Position numbers and translations under genes: made by a program. DNA of 57,115 nucleotides, counting the filler, from Porpidia crustulata (lineage: Eukaryota), in assembly GCA_964255105.1 (NCBI GenBank). It is 3 parts of 3 records of this genome, joined end to end, with 100 filler letters (N's around TTAATTAATTAA, not from the genome) between each part and the next. Parts side by side here need not be neighbours in the genome. Positions count along the whole stretch, not along the records: positions 1 to 18,976 come from CAXUWE010000156.1; positions 19,077 to 38,051 come from CAXUWE010000157.1; 1 more part is not named here. The stretch is one strand, 5' to 3'. The notes beneath the pieces are model-generated. The model saw only the letters and a list, made by a program, of their open reading frames with translations, searched no databases and was not told the origin of the DNA. How positions within the stretch are numbered: the stretch's first letter is position 1; every line of letters begins with the position of its first letter. Shown here piece by piece: positions 11,914 through 24,567 of the stretch.

Positions 11914-13326
11914 ATGGCTCTCAAAAGAATGTCTCCAATGGCCAGTCTACTCAGGACATCGCGACTCTTCTCACTACCTCCGCCGCTCCCTAAGCCAGCT
12001 TCAGACTTTACCGCAACAGCGAATTTCGATTCAGACACAGCTACATCCCCGTATCCTACTCAAATAGCTATCGAAACAACTGCATCCTCCTTAGGCCGAG
12101 GAGATTGGGGTCTGAAACGGCCCCTTCCCCGCCAATCTACATACGAAAAGACTACAACGCCAATGCTACGCATACACAACATAGATTCAATAGATCACAT
12201 TACCGATTTTGATTCAGCAGCAGATCATGGTCTAACGCTCCGTAAATGGCAAGAGATGAATGTACCTATATCACTAGAGCCTTCTCGAAAGAAGGTTTCA
12301 GCCACTGAGCCTCCAGTGAGCGCCTTCGAATCAGACGTTGACAATATTCAAGGTGGTAGTCAAGATAGTAATACAGTTCGATGGAAACACAAAGGACCAT
12401 GGCTTGCAGGAAAAAGTGAAGGTGAATTCGAGGAGTTTGTAGAGAAAAAAGTGAAAAGACGGAAATTCGAGTTCAGGCAATTTCTTAGGGAGCAGTTGGC
12501 GATGAGTGCTACCAGAAAGAGGCGCGAAGCTGCTATTGAAAGCGGCGAAGAGATTCAGGCTGGTCTTGCGGATGTATCAGATACCGATCTTGAGAAGCAT
12601 ATCAAAGATCTAAGGCGGAACGAAGAGAAATTGAATTTGCTGGTCGAACGGTTCCTAGACCTCCCTAGTTCTACCCACACTTCAGGTCTGAATATGGTCT
12701 ATAGAGACCGAGGCCCACCCACAACACATCCATCAGCTGGCCTGTCGTATCTTCGAACGAAGTCTCACATTCACAATCACCCAATTCTTGGACCCATGGA
12801 AGTGGAACCACCTGTGCAAGGACGAGTTTTGCGACCTCAAAAGAAGGGAGGTCGCGGGGCCAGAAATGAGGCATTAGTCGGGGTGGCAGGCATTGCTGCT
12901 GATGATAACAAGATTCCACTTTATCAATCCGGGGACCTGCCAGGCGTGGCCAGTTTCGATCCAGATATACCTGGTGGTGCAAAGATTTGGGTTCATCCCG
13001 ACACTTCAAGCATTGATTCTCAGGGTAGGGTCCAACTGCGCTGGACTGATCGTGCGAGCTCCGATACGAAGGCAATATACCTAGGCGAAAGGAGCGTGAA
13101 GACTCCCCCGGCTGCTCCTTTACCGACTCCGCGTAGTTCTAGAAGAATGCCTGAGTTATCGTCTTCTTCAAGCGCAACTACCAATCGGAGCATAATGTAT
13201 GGTCTTGATGATATGGTTCCCCCAGGGGGCATGAAGGGGAATTCAGGATTACTCGGACCGAATTCAACAACTCCGGCACAAGGAGATGTCCTCTCGATGT
13301 TAGGTAAATTTAATATAAACAAGTAA
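11914..13326 (+). CDS. MRP51: Mitochondrial small-subunit ribosomal protein Mrp51 family, 470 aa
   Basis: Presequence-like N-terminus; PYPTQIAIETTASSLGRGDWGLKRPLP, KGPWLAG and HPSAGLSY motifs. Confidence 0.85.
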   Translation: MALKRMSPMASLLRTSRLFSLPPPLPKPASDFTATANFDSDTATSPYPTQIAIETTASSLGRGDWGLKRPLPRQSTYEKTTTPMLRIHNIDSIDHITDFDSAADHGLTLRKWQEMNVPISLEPSRKKVSATEPPVSAFESDVDNIQGGSQDSNTVRWKHKGPWLAGKSEGEFEEFVEKKVKRRKFEFRQFLREQLAMSATRKRREAAIESGEEIQAGLADVSDTDLEKHIKDLRRNEEKLNLLVERFLDLPSSTHTSGLNMVYRDRGPPTTHPSAGLSYLRTKSHIHNHPILGPMEVEPPVQGRVLRPQKKGGRGARNEALVGVAGIAADDNKIPLYQSGDLPGVASFDPDIPGGAKIWVHPDTSSIDSQGRVQLRWTDRASSDTKAIYLGERSVKTPPAAPLPTPRSSRRMPELSSSSSATTNRSIMYGLDDMVPPGGMKGNSGLLGPNSTTPAQGDVLSMLGKFNINK

Positions 13327-13566
13327 TAGAATAAGGACGAGTTCTTTCAATCTAGATTAGAGTCACACGTATTCAGATTACTCTGCCAGAGTGCATTCTA
13401 CAAGCACTTCGCACTTCAACTTATGCCGAAAGCTGGTCCCCATAAGACCCCTGAATATTGTCACGTGACTCGGTAGGGCACACAGTACCCAATTTAACCG
13501 AACACCTCGAACATTCAATGCCGGCCACTTCTCGACAGAAATCAATACTTCACAACTACCGCAATC

Positions 13567-14231
13567 ATGGGTCGCGTTCGCACAAAGGTATGCCATCGAG
13601 TGTATCTCCTGAATAAGCTGTCGCTAAGTGTATAATAAGACCGTCAAGAAGTCCGCAAAGGTCATTATCGAACGTTACTACCCAAAACTCACCCTCGACT
13701 TCGAAACCAACAAGCGCATCTGCGATGAAATCGCCATCATCGCCTCCAAGCGTCTCCGCAACAAGGTAGCCACGGACTCTCTCTCTCCAACCCCCTTGCA
13801 AGATTCCGCAATCCGTCACTGACTCGCACTCACACATTAGATCGCCGGCTTCACAACCCATCTCATGAAACGTATCCAGCGCGGTCCCGTGCGTGGCATC
13901 TCCTTCAAGCTTCAAGAAGAAGAGCGCGAGCGGAAAGATCAATACGTGCCCGAGATATCGGCATTGGACTTTACGCAAAATTCCGAGAGCGGGCAGTTGG
14001 ATGTGGATGGGGAAACGAAAGATTTGTTGAAGAGCCTTGGGGTATGTTCTTCTTTTCTACCTCCTGAAATTTGTGGAGCATTTTATCTCTCGAGATTTGG
14101 ATAAAAAGGGGCCAACGGAAGCTAATGCGTGGACTCAGTTTGATTCAATTCCTGTCAATGTGGTCGCGGTCAGCCAGCAGCAGGTGGTGGAGAGACCCAG
14201 ACGATTCGAGGGGAGACCCCCAAGGGCATAG
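13567..14231 (+). CDS. RPS17: 40S ribosomal protein S17 (eS17); exons 13567-13587, 13640-13765, 13841-14041, 14139-14231
   Basis: Spliced [87 protein letters not shown]; three phase-0 introns. Confidence 0.98.
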
Positions 14232-15127
14232 GCTGTTCAAATATGAATGCGGGTCGGAAGCTGCAGTTGGCATATGGGAGCGGGAATCGCTGGCATGTTG
14301 CCGGTAAGATAGTATGAATGGCAAGTTATTCAAACCACAAGGTGTCGCCGAGCCTCTCGCATGAGGGTGAAGCTTGATTGCCAATGCATTGTCCCTGTGA
14401 TTGCTTATCGTCTTTGCTGCGAATCTTCTGTCGACTCTTTAGATGGTTCTGGGACGTGGTCATCAGAAGTTATCTACTGACTTGCAGCACGACTCTTGCA
14501 TCAGCATCGTGTTCTGCGAATTTACTATAACATTGACAGGTTGGGCATTTTATACTAGTCTCGTGCAGGTTTTGGGGCTTTTTTCTTTGATGATAACAGG
14601 GGGATACTGTAGAAGTTATTTCTGCTACCTCCTTAGGCTTATTCTACAATTGAGCTATGGTAGAACTATTGTGTGGTGAATCTCTGCAACCATTGAAATC
14701 ACTCATCTTCAGTAAAGCTAATCTGCCCCGGTGCCATTTGTTTGCATGATGGAGTGTCAAGAATTACGAGACCGTAGATTTACTTCCGACTTCAATATCT
14801 TCATGTCTGCCAGCAGGGTATCTCACCAGCAAACACCTATGCAATATTGGACACCCCGGAACCCCCCCCTTATTTTGGATAGCTCAAGTCTTTGCGTGCT
14901 ATGTATGAACGTGAGACCAGGCTTTGGTGTCCATACATGACTTTGGCAGTTCTACACGTGAATGTTTAGACTGTTGTGTCCAGGCGTATATCCTTTGATG
15001 GCCGGAACTTTGTGTCTGCAGGACTATAATCCTATCAAATGGGCCAACGTCTATTAGCTGGACTGTCCAACTCAGAAATCCGTAGAGCTCATATCTTGTG
15101 TAACGAGGAAAATGATTTAGCAGCAGG

Positions 15128-16030
15128 TCATATGGTCGGTATAATGTCGTCGTCGTCAATTTCTTCAGGGCTTTCCGTTTCTATTGAGGTTTTATTAGAA
15201 AATGTCGGAGTGTATCCTTCGATGGAGCCATGCAAATCTTTGGATCCGCCATGTCCATCACTTCTGACCGGCAACGACGGTCCCTTTCCAGGCACACTTA
15301 TCTTCTCATGGATATCCACTTCTACGATTCTTGATGCTCTGCTCACAGCATTCCCATCTCCCCTTTCCACGGCGAGCTCTTTCATGGCAGCCATGACCCT
15401 GTCCTCCCCTGGGCCAACCTCAAGCTTCTCCAATCCACCCGTAGATCTAGCCTTTGCCACTTGGTCCTGCTCGGCGGTCAAAGTGTCTTCGAGCAGCACG
15501 ATATCGCTACCGAAGTTATCAGCTCTTTTCCACGCCGGCTCCTCGTTGAGCTGAACTCTGATGTAAAGCGCCCTTTTCGCACACTGATCAGAGCACCACT
15601 TCTCCAGCATTTGGCTCTCGACCACTTTGAAGGCATCTGCTCCTTTAGCCGCACTTTGAAGAATTCTAAACCGTGCTTTGTTGTCTTCGAATTTATTAGA
15701 GCGAGGGCAGAGTACATAGCCACATTTGTTGTCTATGTTACGCTCCTCTATTAGGGCGTCATAGTCTGATGTTTGAAAGGGCCTCAAAAGCCTCTTCACA
15801 GTCAAAGCATCTTCACTCGATGGGTTGACAGGGTTTGAAGGGGGGAGGGAGGGGAGATCGAGGAGAGTCTCAGTCGATTTAAGCACAAGAGCTTCGATGT
15901 CTTTGCGATGCTGGATAAGATTGGCGTGGTATAGGGCCGTTTCCCGAATCCGATCTTCTCGAGAACGGGCGGCTGGGATTGAGGACACTTTATCTATGGT
16001 CGGCGGCTTCTTGAGTATGGATTTTGGCAT
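15128..16030 (-). CDS. RTR1: Rtr1/RPAP2-family RNA polymerase II CTD phosphatase, 300 aa
   Basis: DYDALIEERNIDNKCGYVLC...KWCSDQCAKRALY zinc-finger signature. Confidence 0.85.
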   Translation of the reverse strand: MPKSILKKPPTIDKVSSIPAARSREDRIRETALYHANLIQHRKDIEALVLKSTETLLDLPSLPPSNPVNPSSEDALTVKRLLRPFQTSDYDALIEERNIDNKCGYVLCPRSNKFEDNKARFRILQSAAKGADAFKVVESQMLEKWCSDQCAKRALYIRVQLNEEPAWKRADNFGSDIVLLEDTLTAEQDQVAKARSTGGLEKLEVGPGEDRVMAAMKELAVERGDGNAVSRASRIVEVDIHEKISVPGKGPSLPVRSDGHGGSKDLHGSIEGYTPTFSNKTSIETESPEEIDDDDIIPTI

Positions 16031-16704
16031 GCTCAGTTTTTGACCTCAAGTATAATTGTCTTGATGAATACGGCTGTGATGTGTACTGTTGTAGTTGCCT
16101 TTGGCAATTTGGCTGTTGCCATCAAAACCTACCTTTCCAGGAATGTCGCACTAATAATTTTGAGTGACGATGATAAATTTAATTGAATACCAAGTATCTA
16201 AAGTAGATATTTTTTTATCATAGAGTGATGGAGACCGAAGGCTTCACTAGAACCCCGCCATAGGGCGGTTAGGCGATGCGAATCCCTTCTAGACAGTCAA
16301 GCCACTTGTGTCCGTAACGCTTCTCATCATGTCATTCAATTCTCGTTTATAGTCTTGTTGTTGTTTTTGTCTAGCAATTAGTGATGCTGTATCATACTTT
16401 GAGCGATTTGCCTAAACGTCTGAACTTCTGATATGTTCGTATCAATTTTCCCAGGGTCTGCCTGACATCCGTTCAGTAGACAATTCCCCGCAATTTTAAG
16501 TATTCTATCAAACACTGACGTACGCTTGGCCATACCGAGCGCTAAATGGACAGGAAATAAGAGCTTACTTCTTAGTTGCACGTCGACGAGTGCACTATAA
16601 GGTCATTCTTAGACAGCTCCCGCGGCTCTAAACACGCCAATTTGAACATCAGAATTCTCAGATTTACATTCTGTCGACTCAACGCCAGCTCGAAAAGAGG
16701 CAGC

Positions 16705-18976
16705 ATGGCCCCAACGCCTTTCCGTGTGAAAGCGATCTATGACTATTCCTCTCCACACGATGACGATCTCAGCTTTCCCAATGGTCAAATAATTTTGGTG
16801 ACCGATGAGGAAGATGCGGATTGGTACTTTGGAGAATACGCGGACACGTCGGGCAACAAGCAATCAGGCCTCTTTCCCAAAAACTTTGTCAATCTACATG
16901 AGCCAGAAACGCCACCTAGACCATCAAGGCAAAGCCGTCCAAAAAAGGAAACTGAAACCTCACCAGCTGTTGCCCAAGCAGAAGAACTCGCTAAATCAAA
17001 TGAGCCAGACGAGTCCGAAGCTGCAATACCTCCGGCTCGCTCACTGCTATCAAATACAGGGCAGAGCAAAGATATTGAGCAATCTCGTGGCCTCGACTCT
17101 CCAGTCGCAGCGACTGCAAAATCTCCTGAGGTATCGTTGCTCAATCCACCAGTCAACACATCAACAAAGTCAGCGTCTTCTTCTAACACCAAGACCGCTC
17201 CTCCACCGGTGATAGAAAAGCCTACTGTCGGATCGTTCAGAGACCGCATCAACGCTTTCAACAAATCTACAGCCCCTCCCGTGGCTCCACTAAAACCGAG
17301 TGGATTGGGATCGTCAGGCGGTTCCAGCTTCATCAAAAAACCGTTTGTAGCGCCGCCGCCAAGTAAAAACGCCTACGTCCCTCCCCCTCGTGAAGTTCCT
17401 GCCCAGAAAATATACCGGAGGGAAGAAGATCCCGAAGTGGTGACTCAGAGCTCGAATGGCTTAGGGATTGAAGTACCACCAAGTACAGCCCCCAATACAA
17501 CCACAGCAATAAATGGGGAAGAGGATCAGCCGAAGCCAACAAGTTTGAAAGATAGAATTGCACTGTTGCAGAAGCAGCAAATGGAGCAAGCTGCCAGACA
17601 TGCAGAAGCTGGGCAGAAGAGAGAGAAGCCGAAACGGCCACCGAAAAAGCAATTTGAAGCTCAAGAGGAGCCTGTAGAACAAGGGGAGCCCACAGAGGAC
17701 TACGGTCTGGATAGAATCAGTAGCACGGGGACGACCGATCAGCGGTCCGCTGACGCAGTCCGCGATGAATCTCTGTCTGAAGCTCACACTACCACAAGAT
17801 CCCGGGACGCCACCTTCTTCACTAGCCCAACTGCTCCTGCAAGAGGCTTCCAGAGCGACGCCAATGACGCGGATCAGTCAGGCGCAGGCGATACAGAGGG
17901 TGATGATTTGTCTACAGGCCGAGATAGCGACGAGAAGCCCCGGAGTCAAGTCCCAATGGCACAACCACACCAGCAAGGTGTCATGGATGACGACAGTGAA
18001 GGGGATGAAGATGAAGAAGAGCCGGAAATGGACCCTGAAATGAAACGCAGAATGGAAATCCGTGAACGCATGGCGAAAATGAGCGGTGGTATGGGCATGG
18101 CTGGCATGTTTGGTCCAGCTCCTGGCATGCCTCCAGCGGCTTCTAGAAAACAAGGCTCAGCCTCGAGTGATAGAAAAGCTGCTGGGAAGACTGGGAGTGC
18201 ATCTGTTGATGATACACCAATAGTCCGAGCTCCATCTATTCCCGTCTTGTCTGTGCCTGGTATGCATAGGGTTAGAAGTCCGGAGCAGGAAGATCCCCGT
18301 ATCGCGGCAAGTCAGGAGGATGAAGGTCACGATGAGTCGGCGCTACAAGGACATGGCCTAGATCAAATGCCGGATATGGCAAACGTAAAGCAAGAGCCTG
18401 CATTACCACCCAGAATGTCTGTGGATCGTGGTGTTCCTCCACCAGTGCCACAAGGTAGACGCCCTGTGCGGCAAATGCAGAATTCTTCCGAGCTCCGCTT
18501 ACAGTAATTAGACCGTCCCGTGCCCCCGCCGCCTATCCAAGGTGGAGGGGCTCCTGCACCGGTGCCCGCTGAGCGGCCGCAGCCTCAGCGTTCCAACTGT
18601 GAGGCCTTGAAGAACCAACCATGTGCATGAAATTGAACTAATAAGTGATGCAGCTCGGGCTATCCCTCCTCCCTTACCCAGCCAACCAATGTCGCCTAGC
18701 GCAGGATCAGAGTCGGATGACGAGATGTCAATACATACTAGAAGCCTCTCACTGCGAGTTCCTCATGGTGACGACTCCCAACCCCGGAGCCGTGACGCTC
18801 CTCCATCCATCCCATCCAATGGCCCTCCGCCATCATTGCCGAATAGACCTCAAGCTCCGCAGTCTCCCATTACCGAATATGGATCGTCACTTCAAAATGC
18901 TTCCCCAACATCACCAACAAGCGCTATGAATCGACCAAAAAGATCAAGTCGTGTACCACCCATCCCTGGATCACAC
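16705..18976 (+). CDS. BBC1: SH3-domain actin-patch protein Bbc1/Mti1-like, 3' end cut by the assembly gap; exons 16705-18454, 18512-18598, 18654 to gap
   Basis: N-terminal SH3 (FRVKAIYDYSSPHDDDLSFPNGQII...WYFGEY...GLFPKNFV), SFRDRINAFN, SLKDRIALLQKQQ, RERMAKMSGGMGM and proline-rich repeats. Confidence 0.88.
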
Positions 18977-19076
18977 NNNNNNNNNNNNNNNNNNNNNNNN
19001 NNNNNNNNNNNNNNNNNNNNTTAATTAATTAANNNNNNNNNNNNNNNNNNNNNNNNNNNNNNNNNNNNNNNNNNNN
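18977..19076. other. Artificial contig linker (44 N, TTAATTAATTAA, 44 N)
   Basis: Exactly 100 nt; central 12-mer places stops in all six frames; identical copy at 38052-38151. Confidence 0.97.
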
Positions 19077-19742
19077 ACTCATTTGCATCTCTGTTTATAT
19101 CTTGTGTTGTTATTAGAACAACCGTTACATTCTCCTTGCCAATCAACTTGAACTCAGATCTACCGATCACTCGTTCTATTCACTATGAGCCCTGATTTAT
19201 CTAATTCAGAGGCTAACGTCATTCTATCGAACACTTGACGCCTTAGCCAAGATGCAAAAAAACGCGAAGTCCCAGCTCTACTCCATCAGATCGGATTTAA
19301 CTTAGCTTATGTACATAATGGTAAAAATACCACAATTGACACCAGTCGGATTCGCTTTAGTTCAAATCCAGAGAGGTACAGAAGCAGTAGAGAGACGACT
19401 CTTTTCCCCAAACATTTTGGATTGAGTAGCGAGTTCAGTTACGTGTTCTTAGACCCAGCTGCACCGTTTATTCCCTTCAAGACCAGATGTATCGCAATGT
19501 ATTCAGATGGTTCATGTTATCATAGCATTCTTCGAATTTAGGTTGCTACCTAAGTTATCCACGCCTAAGCATGCTGTCGGAGGGATCAGGACAATGTCAA
19601 ATGTCGGGCATTCGTACTTGAAGTAGGATGGATTTTCATACTATTCATAAAACTCTAGCAAGTACGACCAAGAAGTAACCCAAGAAGCATAACGGAGGCT
19701 CAAAGTATTGCCATCGTCTTGACGTGTCTCTTCATATGGCAA

Positions 19743-20337
19743 TCATGAGAACAAACCCAGCCCACCCTCAGCCACATCACCAACCCCAGGGACATTAACC
19801 ACAAATGTCGCCTCCTGATACAAGGACCTTCGGTACATACAATCCACCATCGCCTTCACGCTCATCTGCAATATTCCCCACGTCCATTCTTTTTCGACTC
19901 CAATCACTGGCCATACCTGGAAAATAATATTATTAAGGTGCCATGTGAAAGGGACAAAGGCTTCCGGAATAGTAGTGTTGCCCCAGCTACGGAGATGCAT
20001 CTTCGTCTGTGCATCAAGGCTTCGTAGAAAACCGTACATAGCAGCCCCCTCGATGGAGGCACCTAGACGGAATTCGACAAGGATGGACTTGTCAGGTAGA
20101 TGGCAGTAAACATGACGGTCCGAGCTGTAAACACCAATTCATTAGGACTATATAATAGCGATGCATAAGCTGTAGATTGGATCTTGCGTACTCGGAAATA
20201 GAAACACTAGGTTCGAAGCTCGTGCTTTTGTTTAAGGATTGAGGTAATAACACGCGACCTTTGTTTAATGTGGTCAATTTCAATGAGGAACATGTAGAAA
20301 TTAGAAGAAAACTAAATGACGCGAGACAAAATTGCAT
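19743..20337 (-). CDS. Small secreted protein of unknown function, 175 aa; exons 20337-20192 and 20124-19743
   Basis: Signal-peptide-like MQFCLASFSFLLISTCSS; intron GTACGC...CTAAT...TACAG joins the two listed ORFs in frame (528 nt CDS). Confidence 0.75.
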
Positions 20338-21573
20338 ATTTCAAAAAGAGGAAAATCGTGTACAACCTTTGAAAGATTTTTGCCGAGCATGATCTTTATA
20401 TCTGTTTGAAGCTGTGCTTGGTCGTATCCTGTGGCTCGGATATGCCTGGCGCTCGGATATATTGACAGAGCTGCATCATCGGCGATCTTTGCTAGCTCCT
20501 AAAATACTGAACACGCTGATCGACATGGTAAGGGCTTTGTTCTTGGTTCAATTAGTTACTTGTCTCCTTCTATCAGTAGGATCTTCGACTTTGAGTATCT
20601 TCGATTCCTACCTGAGAGCTGCGATGACAATGCACACGATGACAAGACTCCATGCAAGATATAGACAGAAAAGACGACGATCAGCTAGGTCTTAGCAGTA
20701 ACAATCAGGGTAGAATCAGTATCATACTCAAACTGGAAATTGCGGCGGTCGGCTTAAGAGCCAAGCCGATCGAGAAGAGACGTGGAGACAGTTCCAGACA
20801 ATAAATACCATATTCGTAAATATGGGATTTTCATCCTCTGTAGTGTGTAGATCTGAATCCACACATTGGCTGGCCTAGGGGTCAAGGCGTTTCTTTCAAG
20901 CGCAAGGTGTAGCGTTCGAATAGGACAAAATCAATCAGTCGTGACTAGTGCTTCTCCCTACTTAGCACCAACGATTTCTTAATAGTGTTCGGGTTGAAGT
21001 AACACGATAAAGCGATTCAATTCATGTATATGTATTTCGTACTGTTTCCCGAAGGCTCGCGCCAGGACCCAGTGCGAAACACCTGCTTCCATGTAGCTTC
21101 AAAACGAGCGACTTTATCGCAAGCTCTGACTTCGTGCTTATGGCCAAGCTATCAAGTGTGATTTGCTCTTATAAAGACTGTTATCAGAGGCCATCTGGAC
21201 CTACAGAAGATTGGGCATTTGCGACCGTATGCGCATGGGTGATGGGACAGTCCAATGTCATCAGTAGAGACAAATGTTCCATGATGCATTATCATCTCAT
21301 GCTACCTGATCACTAGTCCACTGTGGTTGGCTTAACGACTTGGTTGACTTGGAGAGAAGAGCCAAATAGTCATCAGCCTAGTTTCAGCCCTACAATGTAG
21401 TGTGGCCCGTGCACCCGGTTCCAAGACCATCATATAATGACTTTGATTTATGATCATCCACAAAACCAGTGCTGGAACCCAAGCTTTATCCTCATCGCAC
21501 AACAAAGCGAAGCGTCAAAACCTCAACAAAACCCGAAGAACTTCAAGAGAAGTCGTGTCTAGTGATCATAGTA

Positions 21574-23700
21574 TCATTCTAGAGCATCCGCCCTTACCTC
21601 GTCAACGGCCAACCAGAAAATCTCGTGCATCGATCTACTGAGCAATTGATCGTAGTACATTTGGCGATCTCCGAACATAGGATTAACGATGACCGCCGCA
21701 GGCGACACTTGAGCCAGCCAATCAGCATTGACGTCTACCGGCTCGGGACAATCCCAGTCGGACGTGGCCATGTCAACTTCCAGACTAGGGCTCTCGGGCA
21801 GAGGAATCTGGTCGGCCAGATGCTGTTTCGACTCGTTCTCGGAGGTGGAAGCGTCTTCACTGGGCGGGGATTCCTGCACCAAGAGCTTTCTCGTGTCTTG
21901 TGTATCCTCGCCCAGAGCGCTCTTTTCTTCTACAGGGATGGCTTCGTTGATCCAGGTACTTCCTTCCTGCTCTTGCCAATCGTCGTAAGCTGAATCGTTC
22001 TCCTCATCTCCCTGCAGTTGTCCTTCGGTACACTGGGTATCCTCTTCGTAGTTATTATATACCCAGTCGTCGTCGTCACTGTCATCTCTGCCCCCTGTTT
22101 CTCCGGCGTATCCTTCATCGTACTCCTCATCATTGAAGACTTCGTGGATTTCAGTGTAATCTCGCAATAAGTCCTCTCGGATGGGGTGGTCGCAATCTGG
22201 AGCAGTGTCCGTGTTGTTCCGGGCGTCTATTTTCTCCGCGTCGACCAGCTGCTGGTAGCTCTTTCCATCTCCCTTCCTTGTTGCTTTCTCGTAGTTCTTG
22301 GCCAAGCTAGGTTCTTCCAGGCTTTGTTCGTTTTCAGGAGTTCTACATTCAGCAAGAAGCTATCTGATGGAAGGGCTCTTGGAAAGCATCTGGACCTTGG
22401 CTTTGCCCCTTTGAAAATTGACGACAGCAGCACCTTTGCAACGGCATAGCGACGCTTTCGCGCTCTCTCTACGACACACTTGTACTCATCTTCAGCCTCT
22501 ACGGTAAGACAGAAAACCAGTAATTCTTCGGCTGAGTCGCTTCCTGGCGGTATGGCCGGTACGATCTCCCATGGTGCCTTATTCACTTCGTCGTCGTCGA
22601 CATTGAGGAACACATTCTGGAGCCGGAAGAGCACGTCGGAGCGTGAGCTAGACGTTAGCCACTGTTCGCCTAGAATCTCAATTTCAAGAGCCTGAAATCG
22701 ATCATCGACTAGCGTTGCAAGCATCATTGATTCCTTGAGATAAGACATCACGAAATAGTCCGATGCTATGCTACGATGTGCCGCAATGTTACGCATATAG
22801 CGCAAATCGCCTATGGTCTTGTAAAGGAGATCTGGTTTTGGGTAGAAGTCTAATCTCTTATCGGCGCACAATCGCTTCCAAGTGAAATTCCAGTTCTGGA
22901 TCTCGACTTGTTCTGCGACTTGCCAGCCCATTCTTGAAGGGTACTCCGGATCAAGCCGCTGTGCAAAATTGAATAAACTTTGTTCGAGCATGTTTTGAAA
23001 CCTGCCGAGCAATTGATGGTTGCAATTGATAGGCCTTGGAGCTAGCAGAGCTTTCACAGTTTCTTTCCTAGTCTCTTTAAACACCCAGTGCTCAAACATA
23101 GACTGGATTTTATTTGCTCTTTCCACATCCTTCAGCACGACTGGCAGCTCCATGACCCAAACCATGACCCAAAAGATGCAATCAACAGTGACGACCCTCC
23201 GGTGGATGGTGTCATGTCGAAGCTTTTCTAAGTTGCGGCCGATGTTGTCCCAGTCCCGTTGGCTCAGCGCCTGCGTCGCTGGTAGGTTCGTGTTGAGCTT
23301 TCTAATCAAGTCGCTCCAAGTTGGTAGCTCGGTATTGTTTAGCTCGGACTATGAGGAGTGGCATCTTAACCTGTCGCCGAGGTGGCTCCATCTCCACTTC
23401 TCTGATTCCAGTTGCGCCTGGAGATGCTCTTGGGCATAATTGAAGTAACATTCCTCCATGTTGACCAGGAGAAAGTTCATGAAATGAAACAATTGCCTGT
23501 ACGAAACATCGAAATACTGCAATTCGTCCGGCTCTGCGGAACTTACTTGTCATTGCCAGGCCTCTTCGTCAGCGAGGTCACCCTCTGTCAACCACGAACT
23601 ATTGCCATTGCCTTGCTCTGGGGTTTCAGCAGCAATGGCTTGGCTTTCTGTGTTCCATGCAGACTCGCCGTAAGACTGAACGCTATGGGACAAAGAATTC
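21574..23700 (-). pseudogene. Disrupted gene A: two HEPN-like (R-x4-H) helical modules plus acidic tail
   Basis: One frame from ~23700 to ~22340 with TGA (23552-23550) and TAG (23351-23349), then a frameshift into ORF 21574..22305. Motifs RHDTIH (23219-23202) and RNIAAH (22793-22776). No in-frame upstream ATG. Clearly paralogous to gene B. Confidence 0.75.
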
Positions 23701-24567
23701 CGTCGTGACTAGTCACGGTCAGTAGTATTACTATATAGGGACTCAAGACCTACTTATCGCGTCCCTCAATTCTGACATTGCTGCTGAGCCAGAGCTCTCG
23801 CCATTCATGTTCTCCACTTCAGACATAATTCAATATATATGAGTACTCTTAAGGTTAGCTCGAGGGATATATGAGTATGCAATATTAATATGTGTTCAAG
23901 ATTTGCAAAGTATATGACCTCCACCACACGGCGGGCAAGCTCTCTTTGTATATATATTCGTCCCACCATCTTTACTTGTGAAAGACATAAAGAAATCCAT
24001 TGTGTGAGTCAGTCGAACCCTCCACAATTTCTTAGTCCCGAGCGGAAGAAGTACTTGAATACATTGAGCATGAACAGTTGGAACCATGGTTCTCGTGGAC
24101 ATAATACTCGGTTCACACACATATGTCAAAACTCTCATGTTTGCATCCGATTCGTCAAGCCGCCAACTAGGCCCAATTCTTCCATGGTACCTTGTCCGTG
24201 GTAAATGCTTAGGCATACGGTATCAGATGCTTTGCAACACGAGCCTAGACTAATCCGAGGGACAGATAATGATGCCATACGGTTCGACTCAGCATGACCC
24301 GGTCGACTGGAACCGGCATCCTCGGCCAACAAGATTTTCTACCAGAACAATAGCGACATTCAGAGTTCTTCCTAGATCGGGTTGGATGGAAAGATTGTCA
24401 AGAAAATCCCATACCAAAGTCGGTGGGCAAAATAGTTACTAAGAGTACCACAGAACTAAACCACGCGAATGTTGCAAACCATGGAACCCATGGGAATCAT
24501 CCGCAAGCTACCGGACCACGTGCTACTTGCGTGTAAAGATGCTATGCATCGACTTGTACACCATCCA

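Noticed and set aside
16576..16704. TTG-initiated N-terminal extension of BBC1 (likewise upstream extensions listed for CHS2, MAK10 and QCR2)
   Set aside because: Artefacts of bacterial-style start codons in the ORF track; recognisable protein begins at downstream ATGs.
19021..19032. TTAATTAATTAA palindrome as a biological element or TTAA transposon target
   Set aside because: It sits symmetrically inside N runs and recurs identically at 38096-38107, so it is an assembly spacer.
23704..23717. 14-bp perfect palindrome CGTGACTAGTCACG at the 5' end of gene A
   Set aside because: Single occurrence with no counterpart at gene B; about what chance gives in 57 kb.
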